From an uncultured Gemmatimonadales bacterium (GTDB lineage: Bacteria > Gemmatimonadota > Gemmatimonadetes > Gemmatimonadales > Gemmatimonadaceae), in assembly GCA_963707505.1 (NCBI GenBank), contig CAVPQB010000004.1, forward strand, positions 896,001 to 960,000: a stretch of 64,000 nt of DNA, given 5' to 3'. The notes beneath the pieces are model-generated. The model did not search any database, was not told where the DNA came from, and was given only the letters and a program-made list of their open reading frames with translations. Positions 29,351 to 38,239 of this stretch are shown here, piece by piece. Both the position numbers and the translations under genes were made by a program. Numbering within the stretch: the first letter of the stretch is position 1; every line of letters begins with the position of its first letter.

Positions 29351-30148
29351 ATGACAGACCAGACAGCCGAACAGCCGCCCGAGACACTCGAGGGGTGGTA
29401 TGTTCTGCACCAGATATACCGAATCGACCGCGAGCGAAACACCCCCGCCGGTGCCGCAGAGAGCGATGTTTTCGGAGCCGCGAAGGAGCCGGGCCGGGGA
29501 TGGAGCGAGGCCGTCGCTCTCATCGGCTCGACGTCCGATGTGATGTTCATCCACTGCCGGCCCACCCTCGACGAGATCGGCGACGTGCAGCGTGAGCTCG
29601 CTCGGCAACCGTGGATGCGGCGGCTTGTCCCGACATACTCGTTTCTGAGCGTTACCGAAGCGGGTCTCTATCACATGACGGCGAAGATCGCCGACGAGGC
29701 GATCGCGCGCGGCGGAACGGTCGGCGATGCGGATTACATCGCAGCGGTCAAGGCAAAAGCGGAAACCGAGCGAACCAACCCGTATGTCCAGCGGCGGCTT
29801 TATCCTCAACGTCCCGAGACGATGCCGTACGTGTCGTTCTATCCGATGTCCAAGCGCAGAGACGTCGGTCAGAACTGGTATTCGCTACCGATCGCAGAGC
29901 GAAGCCGATTGATGCACGAGCACGGACTGAGCGGGCGGCGTTACGCCGGTCGTGTGCAGCAGGTCATCACCGGCGCGATCGGGTTCGACGCGTGGGAATG
30001 GGGAGTGACGCTGTTTGCCGGCGATCCGCTCGACTTCAAGAAGATCGTATCGGACATGCGCTTCGACGTCGCGAGTGCGGAGTACGCGGAGTTCGGACCG
30101 TTCTATGTAGGCAAGGTCGGTGCGCTCGCCGAGGTGCTGGGCGGATAG
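29351..30148 (+). CDS. hemQ: Coproheme decarboxylase (ChdC/HemQ, chlorite dismutase superfamily)
   Basis: ETLEGWYVLH, FYPMSKRR, NWY.L...ER..LM.EHG, GFDAWEWGVTLF and MRFD..SA.YAEFG.FYVG; GGAAGGAG RBS. Confidence 0.9.
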   Translation: MTDQTAEQPPETLEGWYVLHQIYRIDRERNTPAGAAESDVFGAAKEPGRGWSEAVALIGSTSDVMFIHCRPTLDEIGDVQRELARQPWMRRLVPTYSFLSVTEAGLYHMTAKIADEAIARGGTVGDADYIAAVKAKAETERTNPYVQRRLYPQRPETMPYVSFYPMSKRRDVGQNWYSLPIAERSRLMHEHGLSGRRYAGRVQQVITGAIGFDAWEWGVTLFAGDPLDFKKIVSDMRFDVASAEYAEFGPFYVGKVGALAEVLGG

Positions 30149-30168
30149 CGCCAGCTTTGCGTGGACAG

Positions 30169-31575
30169 TTAGAACTGATAATAGAGGAACGGTGAGTTTG
30201 TACCATTCATGAATAGGTACGCGACGAGAAAGCCGGCGGCGTAGACGCCGGCCCATCGTCGTGTAGTTCCGAATTTGAAGTCCCAGGTCTCGGGCAGGAA
30301 CGCAATTGCGAGCAACGCGACGCCGATCCATCCCAGGACCATCGGCGCGGCTGGCAGTGAGACATCACGCGACAGGCCCACGGTGAACATGCTTCTGAGC
30401 CAGCCTGCGGCCATACGGAATGATGTTGCGCGGAAGAATACCCATCCGATGACCACGAGCACGAAGGTCTGGGCGCGATAGACTATCGGCGGATATCGCC
30501 TGAAGACGGGATGGAACCACCGGTCGATGATGAGCAACACACCGTGGTACCCGCCCCATATCACGAACGTCCAGCCTGCACCGTGCCAGAGTCCGCCGAG
30601 CAGCATGACGATCATCAGATTGACGTAGGTGCGTCGCTTGCCCTTGCGATTGCCGCCAAGCCCGAAGTACAGGTAATCGCGCAGCCACATGGAGAGACTG
30701 ATGTGCCATCGTCTCCAGAAATCCTGAATACCGAGTGAGCGATACGGCGCGTCGAAGTTTTGCGGAATCCTGAGGGAGAACAGATAGCCGAGCCCGACGG
30801 CCATGTCGGAATATCCGCTGAAATCGAAATACAGCTGGCAGGTATAGCCCAGGGCCGCGGTCCACGCCTGGCCAAATGTGAGCGCGTGGATGGAGCCATT
30901 CGCGTATGACGCGAGCAGCGGATCGATGCCGGCGCCGATGTGATCGGCGACAATCACCTTCTTGATCAGTCCAACGACGAAGAAGCCGATTCCGATCGCG
31001 ATCCAGTCGTTGCGCGGCGGTCCGTCGATCTGCTCGAGATCGGCTTCGATCTGGCGGTAACGTACGATCGGCCCTGCAACGAGCTGTGAGAACAGGCTGA
31101 CGTAGGTGAAATACTCCGCGATGTTGCGCGTCGCCTTCACGCGCCCGTTCGCGACGTCGACGACGTACGAGATCGTGTGGAACGTGTAGAAGCTGATTCC
31201 GATCGGAAGGATGATGTGCAGCGCGGCAGGTTGCGCGCGTACGTTGAGCCAGTCGAGCGCAATACCCAGATTCGCTGCGACGAAATTGTAGTATTTGAAG
31301 AAACCGAGCAGTGTTAGGTCGACACTCACCGCACCGATCACCCAGGCGCGCTTGCGGGTAGGCGAATCAGTGCCATCGATCGCAAGCCCGGCTACGAAGC
31401 TCACGATGCTCGAGAAGGCTAGCAGGATGCAGAAGCGCCAGTCCCAGTAACCGTAGAAGACGTATCCGGCGATCGCAAGCAGAACGTAGCGTTGTTGTTT
31501 TCCTTTCGACATCCAGAAGAGCGCGAAGACGACTGGCAGGAAGGCGAAGAGGAATACGTTTGAATTGAAGATCAT
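30169..31575 (-). CDS. MBOAT O-acyltransferase (AlgI/DltB-like)
   Basis: MIFNS..F, LPIGISFYTF, QLVAGPI, YFDFSGYSDMA, FWRRWHISLS.WLRDYLY and GLWHGA. Confidence 0.95.
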   Translation of the reverse strand: MIFNSNVFLFAFLPVVFALFWMSKGKQQRYVLLAIAGYVFYGYWDWRFCILLAFSSIVSFVAGLAIDGTDSPTRKRAWVIGAVSVDLTLLGFFKYYNFVAANLGIALDWLNVRAQPAALHIILPIGISFYTFHTISYVVDVANGRVKATRNIAEYFTYVSLFSQLVAGPIVRYRQIEADLEQIDGPPRNDWIAIGIGFFVVGLIKKVIVADHIGAGIDPLLASYANGSIHALTFGQAWTAALGYTCQLYFDFSGYSDMAVGLGYLFSLRIPQNFDAPYRSLGIQDFWRRWHISLSMWLRDYLYFGLGGNRKGKRRTYVNLMIVMLLGGLWHGAGWTFVIWGGYHGVLLIIDRWFHPVFRRYPPIVYRAQTFVLVVIGWVFFRATSFRMAAGWLRSMFTVGLSRDVSLPAAPMVLGWIGVALLAIAFLPETWDFKFGTTRRWAGVYAAGFLVAYLFMNGTNSPFLYYQF

Positions 31576-32627
31576 CTTGCGGCAACAGTTTCGGTGCTGC
31601 CCGTATTCGCGTCGCGCACCGCCGTTGCAAGCGAGTGAGCGATCGCGACCGCGTTGGTACCGTCGAAGTGCATGCAGTCGTACCAGCCCGTCTGGCTTGG
31701 GAGGTTCGACGTTTCGTTCTCGTCCGCCATGGTGACCAGTGGTCGCCTGGCGCTGGAACGGAGATAGGAGACCACCCGTTGATAGTTGGCGCTGGACGCC
31801 GGCTTGTCGCGTACGGAGTCGGCGAGTGCAGGGTTGAACGGCGGTATCCAGAGAACGATGTGCACGCCTCTGGTCGTCGCCTCGGAGATCAGCGAGTCGA
31901 GCATCGCGCGCTTGGAGGCGCCGAGGCTGTCGTAGGTCGCGAACTCGCCCTGCTGCACCGCGGCGCAGTCGGCGTAGTGTTGCTGCCAGTCGTACGTGCC
32001 CGCCCTGCGCTCGCGGTCGGCCTTGGGGTATTGCAGGATTCCTTCGGCGTTGAACGAGTACGCGGGTTCCGGCGGATGCGCGGCGTTCCGAAGTGACCTG
32101 ACGACGTCGGCGAGGTACGAGACCGTGAGCGCGTCGCGGTATGCTCGCGCAACGACGATCGCGCCACGCAACGGACTGTCCACGCTGCCGCTCAGCGCGG
32201 TCGAGAGGCGGGCGTTGTGGGTGAGCTCCGGGAGTGGTCCCATGTGCGCGTCGAACGACTGCGGGTCGATTCCCACGACGAGGTTCCGGACGTTCGGTGC
32301 TTTCGCGAGCACGTAGCGCGCGACGGCGAGATCGTCCTCGATCGTTGCATTGAAGACGCCGAAGTTGAAGAAGCGCTCGCCCGTCACGGAGGTGAATTCG
32401 TCGGTTGGGAGATTCATCGAGCGGCTGGAGCCGATGATCACGCCCGCCGGCGGCTCGTGGGCCAGGGCGGAATCGAAAAGATCGCCCTTTAGCTGACGGG
32501 TATTCAGCTGGAGGGCGGGGAAGCGAGTTCCTGAGAACTCCCGGCGAGGGTTGACGACCGCCAGTGCACTGAGCAGAACGCCGGTGAACAGTCCGATCCA
32601 TCCCAAAAATGCCCAGAGAAATCTCAT
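31572..32627 (-). CDS. Membrane-anchored partner of the MBOAT (SGNH/DltD-like)
   Basis: N-terminal TM helix; IIGSSRS, FFNFGV and WYDCMH (Ser...D-x-x-H); ATGA-coupled to the MBOAT gene. Confidence 0.7.
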   Translation of the reverse strand: MRFLWAFLGWIGLFTGVLLSALAVVNPRREFSGTRFPALQLNTRQLKGDLFDSALAHEPPAGVIIGSSRSMNLPTDEFTSVTGERFFNFGVFNATIEDDLAVARYVLAKAPNVRNLVVGIDPQSFDAHMGPLPELTHNARLSTALSGSVDSPLRGAIVVARAYRDALTVSYLADVVRSLRNAAHPPEPAYSFNAEGILQYPKADRERRAGTYDWQQHYADCAAVQQGEFATYDSLGASKRAMLDSLISEATTRGVHIVLWIPPFNPALADSVRDKPASSANYQRVVSYLRSSARRPLVTMADENETSNLPSQTGWYDCMHFDGTNAVAIAHSLATAVRDANTGSTETVAAR

Positions 32628-32757
32628 TCCCCCAAGCTTCGGCAAAAACGGCTGGCGGCTGTAACAGCAATTGCGACAACATCTTACGTCGCTGTTGTGC
32701 CGAGGTCGGTCGTGCGGTAACTTTCGGGTTCGTTATCTGGCGGATGAGAGCCGGAAA

Positions 32758-32831
32758 CGGGATGTGGCGCAGCCCGGTAGCGCACCTGAATGGGGTTCAG
32801 GGGGTCGCAGGTTCAAATCCTGTCATCCCGA
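32758..32831 (+). tRNA. tRNA-Pro(GGG)
   Basis: Acceptor stem CGGGATG/CATCCCG; D arm GCGC/GCGC; anticodon stem CCTGA/TCAGG with loop ATGGGGT; T loop GGTTCAAATCC; CCA not encoded. Confidence 0.97.
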
Positions 32832-32870
32832 TTTACTAAACAATTGAAACGCAAGAAGTTAGAAGCGAAC

Positions 32871-32906
32871 TCAGCCCCATTCATACTCCGATATGAATGG
32901 GGCTGA
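32871..32906 (+). terminator. Hairpin downstream of the tRNA
   Basis: Perfect 15-bp stem TCAGCCCCATTCATA/TATGAATGGGGCTGA with a 6-nt loop. Confidence 0.7.
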
Positions 32907-33130
32907 TGTCACATGGGGATAAGTCCTCACGTTCCGGCCACTGGGGCGCGTTGCAGGCACCTTTCCGAAAGAGACTCGTCGCGTCGAGATCGATGGCGAA
33001 TGGACTCGCGCAGCGCTCCGCCGAGTCCAGTTCGGAAAATCCATAGCGCTGTAACAAAGCTGTCAGGCACGCGTGCTATTCTGCGGCGTAGTCAGTATCT
33101 GGCTCAGAAACTCGCACCGTCCCACTCATC

Positions 33131-35578
33131 GTGCCTCGATCGAAATTCCGCTATCTGTACGGCTCGTTTGCCGTGCTCTTTCTCCCATTCGCCGGCGTCA
33201 GCGCCCAGTCGTCATTCCCTGCGAGACACATCCATGGCCGTGTCGTGCACGCCGCTTCAGGCGCTGCGATCAGTTCGGCCACCGTTGACCTCACCAACGT
33301 CGCCACCGGTGCTTCCGCTGGCCACGTCGCCAGCGGAGCCGACGGCAGCTTCAACTTTCCTCGCCTTTCGCTCGGGCGATACCGCGTGAAGGTCCGCGCG
33401 CTCGGGTTTGCGTCGAAGACACTGCCGCCCGTCACGCTCAGCGCGGGGCATCCGGACGTTGACGTCGGCGTCGTCGCGCTTACGGCGGTCGCCGTTGCGC
33501 TCCAGGCCCAATCGGTCACGGCGCAACGCGAGGAGGTACAGCTGCAGCCGGATCGGACCACCTACGTCGTGCGCGACATGCCGACGACGAAAGGCGGCAC
33601 CGCGCTCGATGTGCTACGCAACGTGCCCTCGGTCGACGTCGACATCGACAACAACGTAAGCCTCCGCGGCAATTCCGGTGTCGTGATCCAGATCAACGGG
33701 CGGCCGAGCGCACTCAAAGGCTCGCAGCTCGGTAACTTCCTCGAGCAGTTGCCGGCCGACGCGATCGATCACGTCGAGATCATTCCAAACCCGTCGGCGC
33801 GCGAAGACGCGGACGGGGTGGCCGGCATCATCAACATCGTGTTGCGTCAGACGCCCGATTCTGGAACGAATGGCGGAGTGACCGTTGGCGGCGGAACGAC
33901 GGGACACATCGATGCCGGTGTCAACGGTGGTTTGCAGCGCGGGCCGTTCTCGGCCTACGGCAGTTACTCGCTCGTGCGCGACAGCAGACCACGCTACGAC
34001 GACATCTTTCGCCAGAACTTGTTCGAGAGGCCGCTCAGCTATCTGCAGGAAAACGGCACGCGCACGCAGATTCCGCTCGTCCATACCGTCACAGGCAATG
34101 CGACGTATGCGCCAACCGCCCACGACGAGTTTTCCATCGACGGGTTATACAGTCAACGTCGCGAGTGGGAAACGCAGGCCATTGCGTATCAAACGCTCGA
34201 CACGACGTTCGCCGTCACCAATCTCACCGACCGCCATTCTCGCGACGTCAATCACGAGGGCAGCGCTGACGCAGCGCTGAACTACAAGCACGGGTTTGCG
34301 GCCAAGGGGCACACGCTCACGAGCGAGCTTCGGTTCGAAGAGCATTTCGAGGGCGGCCCCACGGACATTCTCGACCAGGCGCTGTGGCCAGCGAGTGCGC
34401 CGGCGGCGACGATTTTGCAGCAGACGCGCACGGTGTGGACCCACTCGAGCACCACGTCCTTCAAGGTTGATTACGTACGCCCCTTGAATGGGGTCTTGCG
34501 CGTCGAGACCGGTTACAAGGGCTCCCTTGAGCGCATTCGCACCACGCAACAGGTACAGAACTACGACGCCGCGCTTGCGGCGATGCTCACCGATACCACG
34601 CAGACCAGCGATTTTGCTTACGATGCGCTGGTGCAGGATGCCTATGGCGTTCTTGATGGACATATCGGGCGCATGCAGTTTCAAGCCGGTGTCCGCGCCG
34701 AGCACGCAGGCACGACGTTCGATCTGCGCACGCGTGACCAGCGATTCAGCAATCCATACAACAGCCTGTTCCCGAGCGGACTCGTCTCGTTCGCCCTCGA
34801 CGATGCGGATCGACTCAAGGTGTCGTACTCGACACGGATCAGACGGCCCGACGATCCCGATCTGCTCGATCCGACACCGCACGCGCTCGACGCGCTCAAC
34901 ATCTCAATCGGCAATCCGCATCTCCGGCCGGAATACATTCGCGCCTTCGAGCTCGGCTACCAACGGATCGGCGACCGGGTAACCGTGCAGGTCACACCGT
35001 TCTACCGGCACTCGTTCGATGCGGTGACCAACATTCGCACGGTCGACACGACTGGCGTCACCACGCAAACCCGGGCCAACATCGGCACGACGGACTCTTA
35101 CGGCACCGACGCCACCGTGGCGCTCGGGAGCGGTGGGCGATTGAGCGGATTCGTTGGCGGGTCGGCGTATCACCAGAAGAGCAACGCCGGCAATCTCGAC
35201 CCGCTCCTCTCCGCGAGCACGTTCGGTTGGAGCGTGCGTACGAACGCCGCGTTGCGCGTGTCGCGCGCCATCGATGCGCAGGCCCTCGTGACGTACTCCG
35301 GACGGACGACGGTCGTGCAAGGTTGGAACGCCGCCCGCACGCGCGTGAGCTTCGGCTTCCGCGACAAGTTGATGGCGGATCGTCTGAGCATCACCACGCG
35401 CATCATCGACCCGTTCAGCACCTCGCGCGAGCGTTCAGCCACGCTCGATCCAGCGTTCACGCAGATCAACAGCCGGTTGCGTCCAAGCCGCGCCGTCCAG
35501 GTGAGCGCCACGTGGATGTTCGGCCGACAAAACAGGAAGGAAGACGACCAGATCGACCTGTCGCCCAGCGGTACCTAG
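33131..35578 (+). CDS. TonB-dependent receptor / outer-membrane beta-barrel with an N-terminal carboxypeptidase-regulatory-like domain
   Basis: Signal peptide; plug motifs DVLRNVPSV and IEIIPNPSA..DADG..GIINIVL-like; GNP.L.PE. Confidence 0.9.
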   Translation: MPRSKFRYLYGSFAVLFLPFAGVSAQSSFPARHIHGRVVHAASGAAISSATVDLTNVATGASAGHVASGADGSFNFPRLSLGRYRVKVRALGFASKTLPPVTLSAGHPDVDVGVVALTAVAVALQAQSVTAQREEVQLQPDRTTYVVRDMPTTKGGTALDVLRNVPSVDVDIDNNVSLRGNSGVVIQINGRPSALKGSQLGNFLEQLPADAIDHVEIIPNPSAREDADGVAGIINIVLRQTPDSGTNGGVTVGGGTTGHIDAGVNGGLQRGPFSAYGSYSLVRDSRPRYDDIFRQNLFERPLSYLQENGTRTQIPLVHTVTGNATYAPTAHDEFSIDGLYSQRREWETQAIAYQTLDTTFAVTNLTDRHSRDVNHEGSADAALNYKHGFAAKGHTLTSELRFEEHFEGGPTDILDQALWPASAPAATILQQTRTVWTHSSTTSFKVDYVRPLNGVLRVETGYKGSLERIRTTQQVQNYDAALAAMLTDTTQTSDFAYDALVQDAYGVLDGHIGRMQFQAGVRAEHAGTTFDLRTRDQRFSNPYNSLFPSGLVSFALDDADRLKVSYSTRIRRPDDPDLLDPTPHALDALNISIGNPHLRPEYIRAFELGYQRIGDRVTVQVTPFYRHSFDAVTNIRTVDTTGVTTQTRANIGTTDSYGTDATVALGSGGRLSGFVGGSAYHQKSNAGNLDPLLSASTFGWSVRTNAALRVSRAIDAQALVTYSGRTTVVQGWNAARTRVSFGFRDKLMADRLSITTRIIDPFSTSRERSATLDPAFTQINSRLRPSRAVQVSATWMFGRQNRKEDDQIDLSPSGT

Positions 35579-35738
35579 TGCCGCGTGTGACGAGCGTATG
35601 CTCTAGATGGTATGCTCTAACGATGGGTGGCACCGCCGCTCAAAGTGCCCCGGGTGGCGCAATCACCGTGTGGCTGTAACCCTTCTGTCAGATTGGGGCG
35701 CTAGTTTTATCGCATCATCGACCTTTTCCGGGACTCCC

Positions 35739-36680
35739 ATGTTCAGCATTCGCTCGCTCGTCGCCGCTTTTGCGACCGTCTCCTGCGTCAGCACCGTTGC
35801 TATCGCGCAGACGTCCCACTATCACGTCGTGAAGACGATCGACATCGGCGCTGCGCGCGCCGACTACATCATCATCGATCCCGTCGGCCGCCGGCTCTAC
35901 GGCCTCGGCGACAAGGTGATCGACGTCGATAACGACTCGATCGTCGGGACGGTGGAAGGAGGCGGTGGCGGCTACGCGATCGACCACGAGGACAACCGCG
36001 GCCTGGTTCGCAATGGCACACTCTTCGATCTCAAGACCCTCGCAGTCACCGGCCACCTGGACATCAAGGGCGACGGAAGCCGCTACGATCCCGTCACGCA
36101 CCGGGCGTTCGTCTGGGAGGACAAGGATGGTTGGGTGGTCGACATGCGCACTGGCACGCTGGTGTCGAAGACGATGATCGGGGACGGCCTCGAGTCAGCC
36201 GCGGCAGACGGGCATGGGAAGCTCTATGCCGCGATCGAGGCCAAGGGCGGCCTCGAGCAGTTCGATACGCGAACACTGAAAGTCGAAAAGACGTGGGACG
36301 TTTCCGGTTGCGGCCGCGCGCAGGGCCTGACGATGGACACACAGACGCGTCGCATCTTCATGGCATGTGACACAGATGTCGTCGTGCTGAACGCCGACAA
36401 CGGAAGCGTCGTGTCTCGCATCCGCGTCCCGAGCCGCGCCGATATGAACTGTTTCGACCCGACGACCAAGCTGGTGTTCAATCCCAATCGTGCCGATAGC
36501 ACATTGTCGGTGATCCACGAGGATTCACCGTCCAAGTTCACCGTCGTCGAGAAGGTGCCGGAGGGCGGCGCGGCGCGTACCTGTGCGGTCGATGAGAAAA
36601 CGCACAAGGTGTACGTGTTCTACTACGAAGGAAATCCGCGGCAGGGCGGCAAGTTGCTCGCGTCTGTCCTCGCGCCCTGA
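35739..36680 (+). CDS. Secreted YncE-like beta-propeller protein
   Basis: Signal peptide; repeated D...RLY/VF blades; GAARTCAVDEKTHKVY. Confidence 0.8.
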   Translation: MFSIRSLVAAFATVSCVSTVAIAQTSHYHVVKTIDIGAARADYIIIDPVGRRLYGLGDKVIDVDNDSIVGTVEGGGGGYAIDHEDNRGLVRNGTLFDLKTLAVTGHLDIKGDGSRYDPVTHRAFVWEDKDGWVVDMRTGTLVSKTMIGDGLESAAADGHGKLYAAIEAKGGLEQFDTRTLKVEKTWDVSGCGRAQGLTMDTQTRRIFMACDTDVVVLNADNGSVVSRIRVPSRADMNCFDPTTKLVFNPNRADSTLSVIHEDSPSKFTVVEKVPEGGAARTCAVDEKTHKVYVFYYEGNPRQGGKLLASVLAP

Positions 36681-36709
36681 CGCATCGCCGCTGCCGGCCT
36701 CGGCCGGGA

Positions 36710-36858
36710 GTGGGTCGCGCTCCGATCGAAGCGGTTTACGAGCGTGCAGCGAGCGTCGGATGCACGCTCGCTTACTGGCGAACGCAGGAGACCAATCTCA
36801 CGGCGATGAAGTTGTATGATGGAGTCGCCGAGCGATCAGGGTTTGTCGTTTACAGTGA
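36710..36858 (+). pseudogene. C-terminal remnant of a GNAT acetyltransferase
   Basis: GRAPIEAVYERA...YWRTQETNLTAMKLYD.VAERSGFVVY resembles a GNAT C-terminus; the N-terminal part is absent. Confidence 0.65.
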
Positions 36859-36907
36859 TGTGCGTGCTAGCCGTGTGTCAAACCATCAACGACGAGGACA
36901 AAGGCTG

Positions 36908-37531
36908 ATGAAACCTTACATCTCCGCCGCAGCGATCGCGGCTTTGCTCGTGGTCACCATTGCGCCAGTGACTGAGGCACAACAGGCTCCGCCGGCCGCG
37001 GAAGTTGGCGCATCGCTGCTCGCGATCCCGAATCTGCGCGCGAAATCCGCCGCGAAGCTGACTGTGAGCACTCCCGCGTTTGCACCAGGCGGCGACATAC
37101 CATTCGAGAATACATCGTACCGCGGAAATGTCTTCCCGGGGCTCAAGTGGTCCGCTGGTCCGGCCGGGACCAAGTCTTACGCGGTGATAATGCAGGACGG
37201 CGATGCAATGTCGCGCGGTGCTCCGATTCTGCACTGGACGATGGTGAACATCCCGTCGACGATGACGGAGCTCGATGCAGCCATGAGCGAGCCGCCGGCC
37301 GGCGCGCAATACGGACCCAATATCCGTGGGGCAGCGCATGCATACATGGGCCCGCACACGCCTCCCGGACCGAAGCATCGCTACCACCTGCAGGTCTTCG
37401 CGCTCGACACGTCGCTTCCGGCTGAGTCGCTCGCGACCTACGCCGATCTTACCGCAGCGATGAAGGACCACGTGCTCGCGAGCGGCGAAGTCATCGGTCT
37501 CGGTCAGGCGCCCGCGACCACCACGCCGTAA
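36908..37531 (+). CDS. YbhB/YbcL (PEBP/RKIP-like) exported protein
   Basis: GAGGA RBS and signal peptide; P.L.WS..P.GTKSYAVIMQD.D, HW, Y.GP..PPG..HRYH.QVFALD. Confidence 0.9.
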   Translation: MKPYISAAAIAALLVVTIAPVTEAQQAPPAAEVGASLLAIPNLRAKSAAKLTVSTPAFAPGGDIPFENTSYRGNVFPGLKWSAGPAGTKSYAVIMQDGDAMSRGAPILHWTMVNIPSTMTELDAAMSEPPAGAQYGPNIRGAAHAYMGPHTPPGPKHRYHLQVFALDTSLPAESLATYADLTAAMKDHVLASGEVIGLGQAPATTTP

Positions 37532-37591
37532 GCTTCACGCCATCCACTACCCACAGGAGTAGCGGAAACGTTCGCACCGTGAGCCCTGCGT

Positions 37592-37894
37592 TCATGTGGA
37601 ATTTGCTGCGCCGGGCAGCTTCTTCTGAGTCGCCACGGGGTCCGCTGGTGAGAGCATTTTCGTCATGAAACGCTGGCTCTCGGCGATCCGCTCGACTTCG
37701 ACAGCAATCGCGTCGATCGAGCGCTCCATCCGTTCCATGCGCTCGGCGTCCGTTGGATTCAGGAGGGGAGCAGCCGGTCGCTTGGGCGCAGCAATGCGCC
37801 GCACCAGCGCGTTTCCAAGAGGCAGAATGGTTCCAAGCGCGATCACCGCGACGACCGACGTGGTGATCAATCCCTCGATTTCATGCGGCGACAT
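37592..37894 (-). CDS. Small hypothetical membrane-anchored coiled-coil protein
   Basis: TM helix followed by ERMERMERSIDAIAVEVERIAESQRF.TK. Confidence 0.75.
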   Translation of the reverse strand: MSPHEIEGLITTSVVAVIALGTILPLGNALVRRIAAPKRPAAPLLNPTDAERMERMERSIDAIAVEVERIAESQRFMTKMLSPADPVATQKKLPGAANST

Positions 37895-38239
37895 GTGCGT
37901 CCCCGGGCTGGTGCCCTTCATCAGAATGTTTCATGTTAGTCACTGTCGCGAGCGCGTCGGTTGTGTATGTTAGAACAGTTGTTCGAAATGTAATGCCAAC
38001 ACCGACTTCGCTCAGGCAGATAAGCGTGTGGGTATCAGCCCGCCAGTTGCGTTTCGGGTCGGTGATGTGTCGATAAAATGACACGTCATACACGAATGCG
38101 CCTCGCCGATTCCGCCGGCAGTTACCGAAAGTGAAGGTGACCTTAAGATGATGACGAACGACCGCGGTACAATCCAGTACGGCTCTGCGACAACCTGCAG
38201 CGCCGCCCTCGTGTTTTTGGTGCCTTCGCGGTTTCGGTC

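Noticed and set aside
30169..32682. 837-aa ORF suggesting a giant MBOAT
   Set aside because: The first ~370 codons are Arg-rich off-frame read-through over the gene at 31572-32627; the MBOAT begins at MIFNS (31575).
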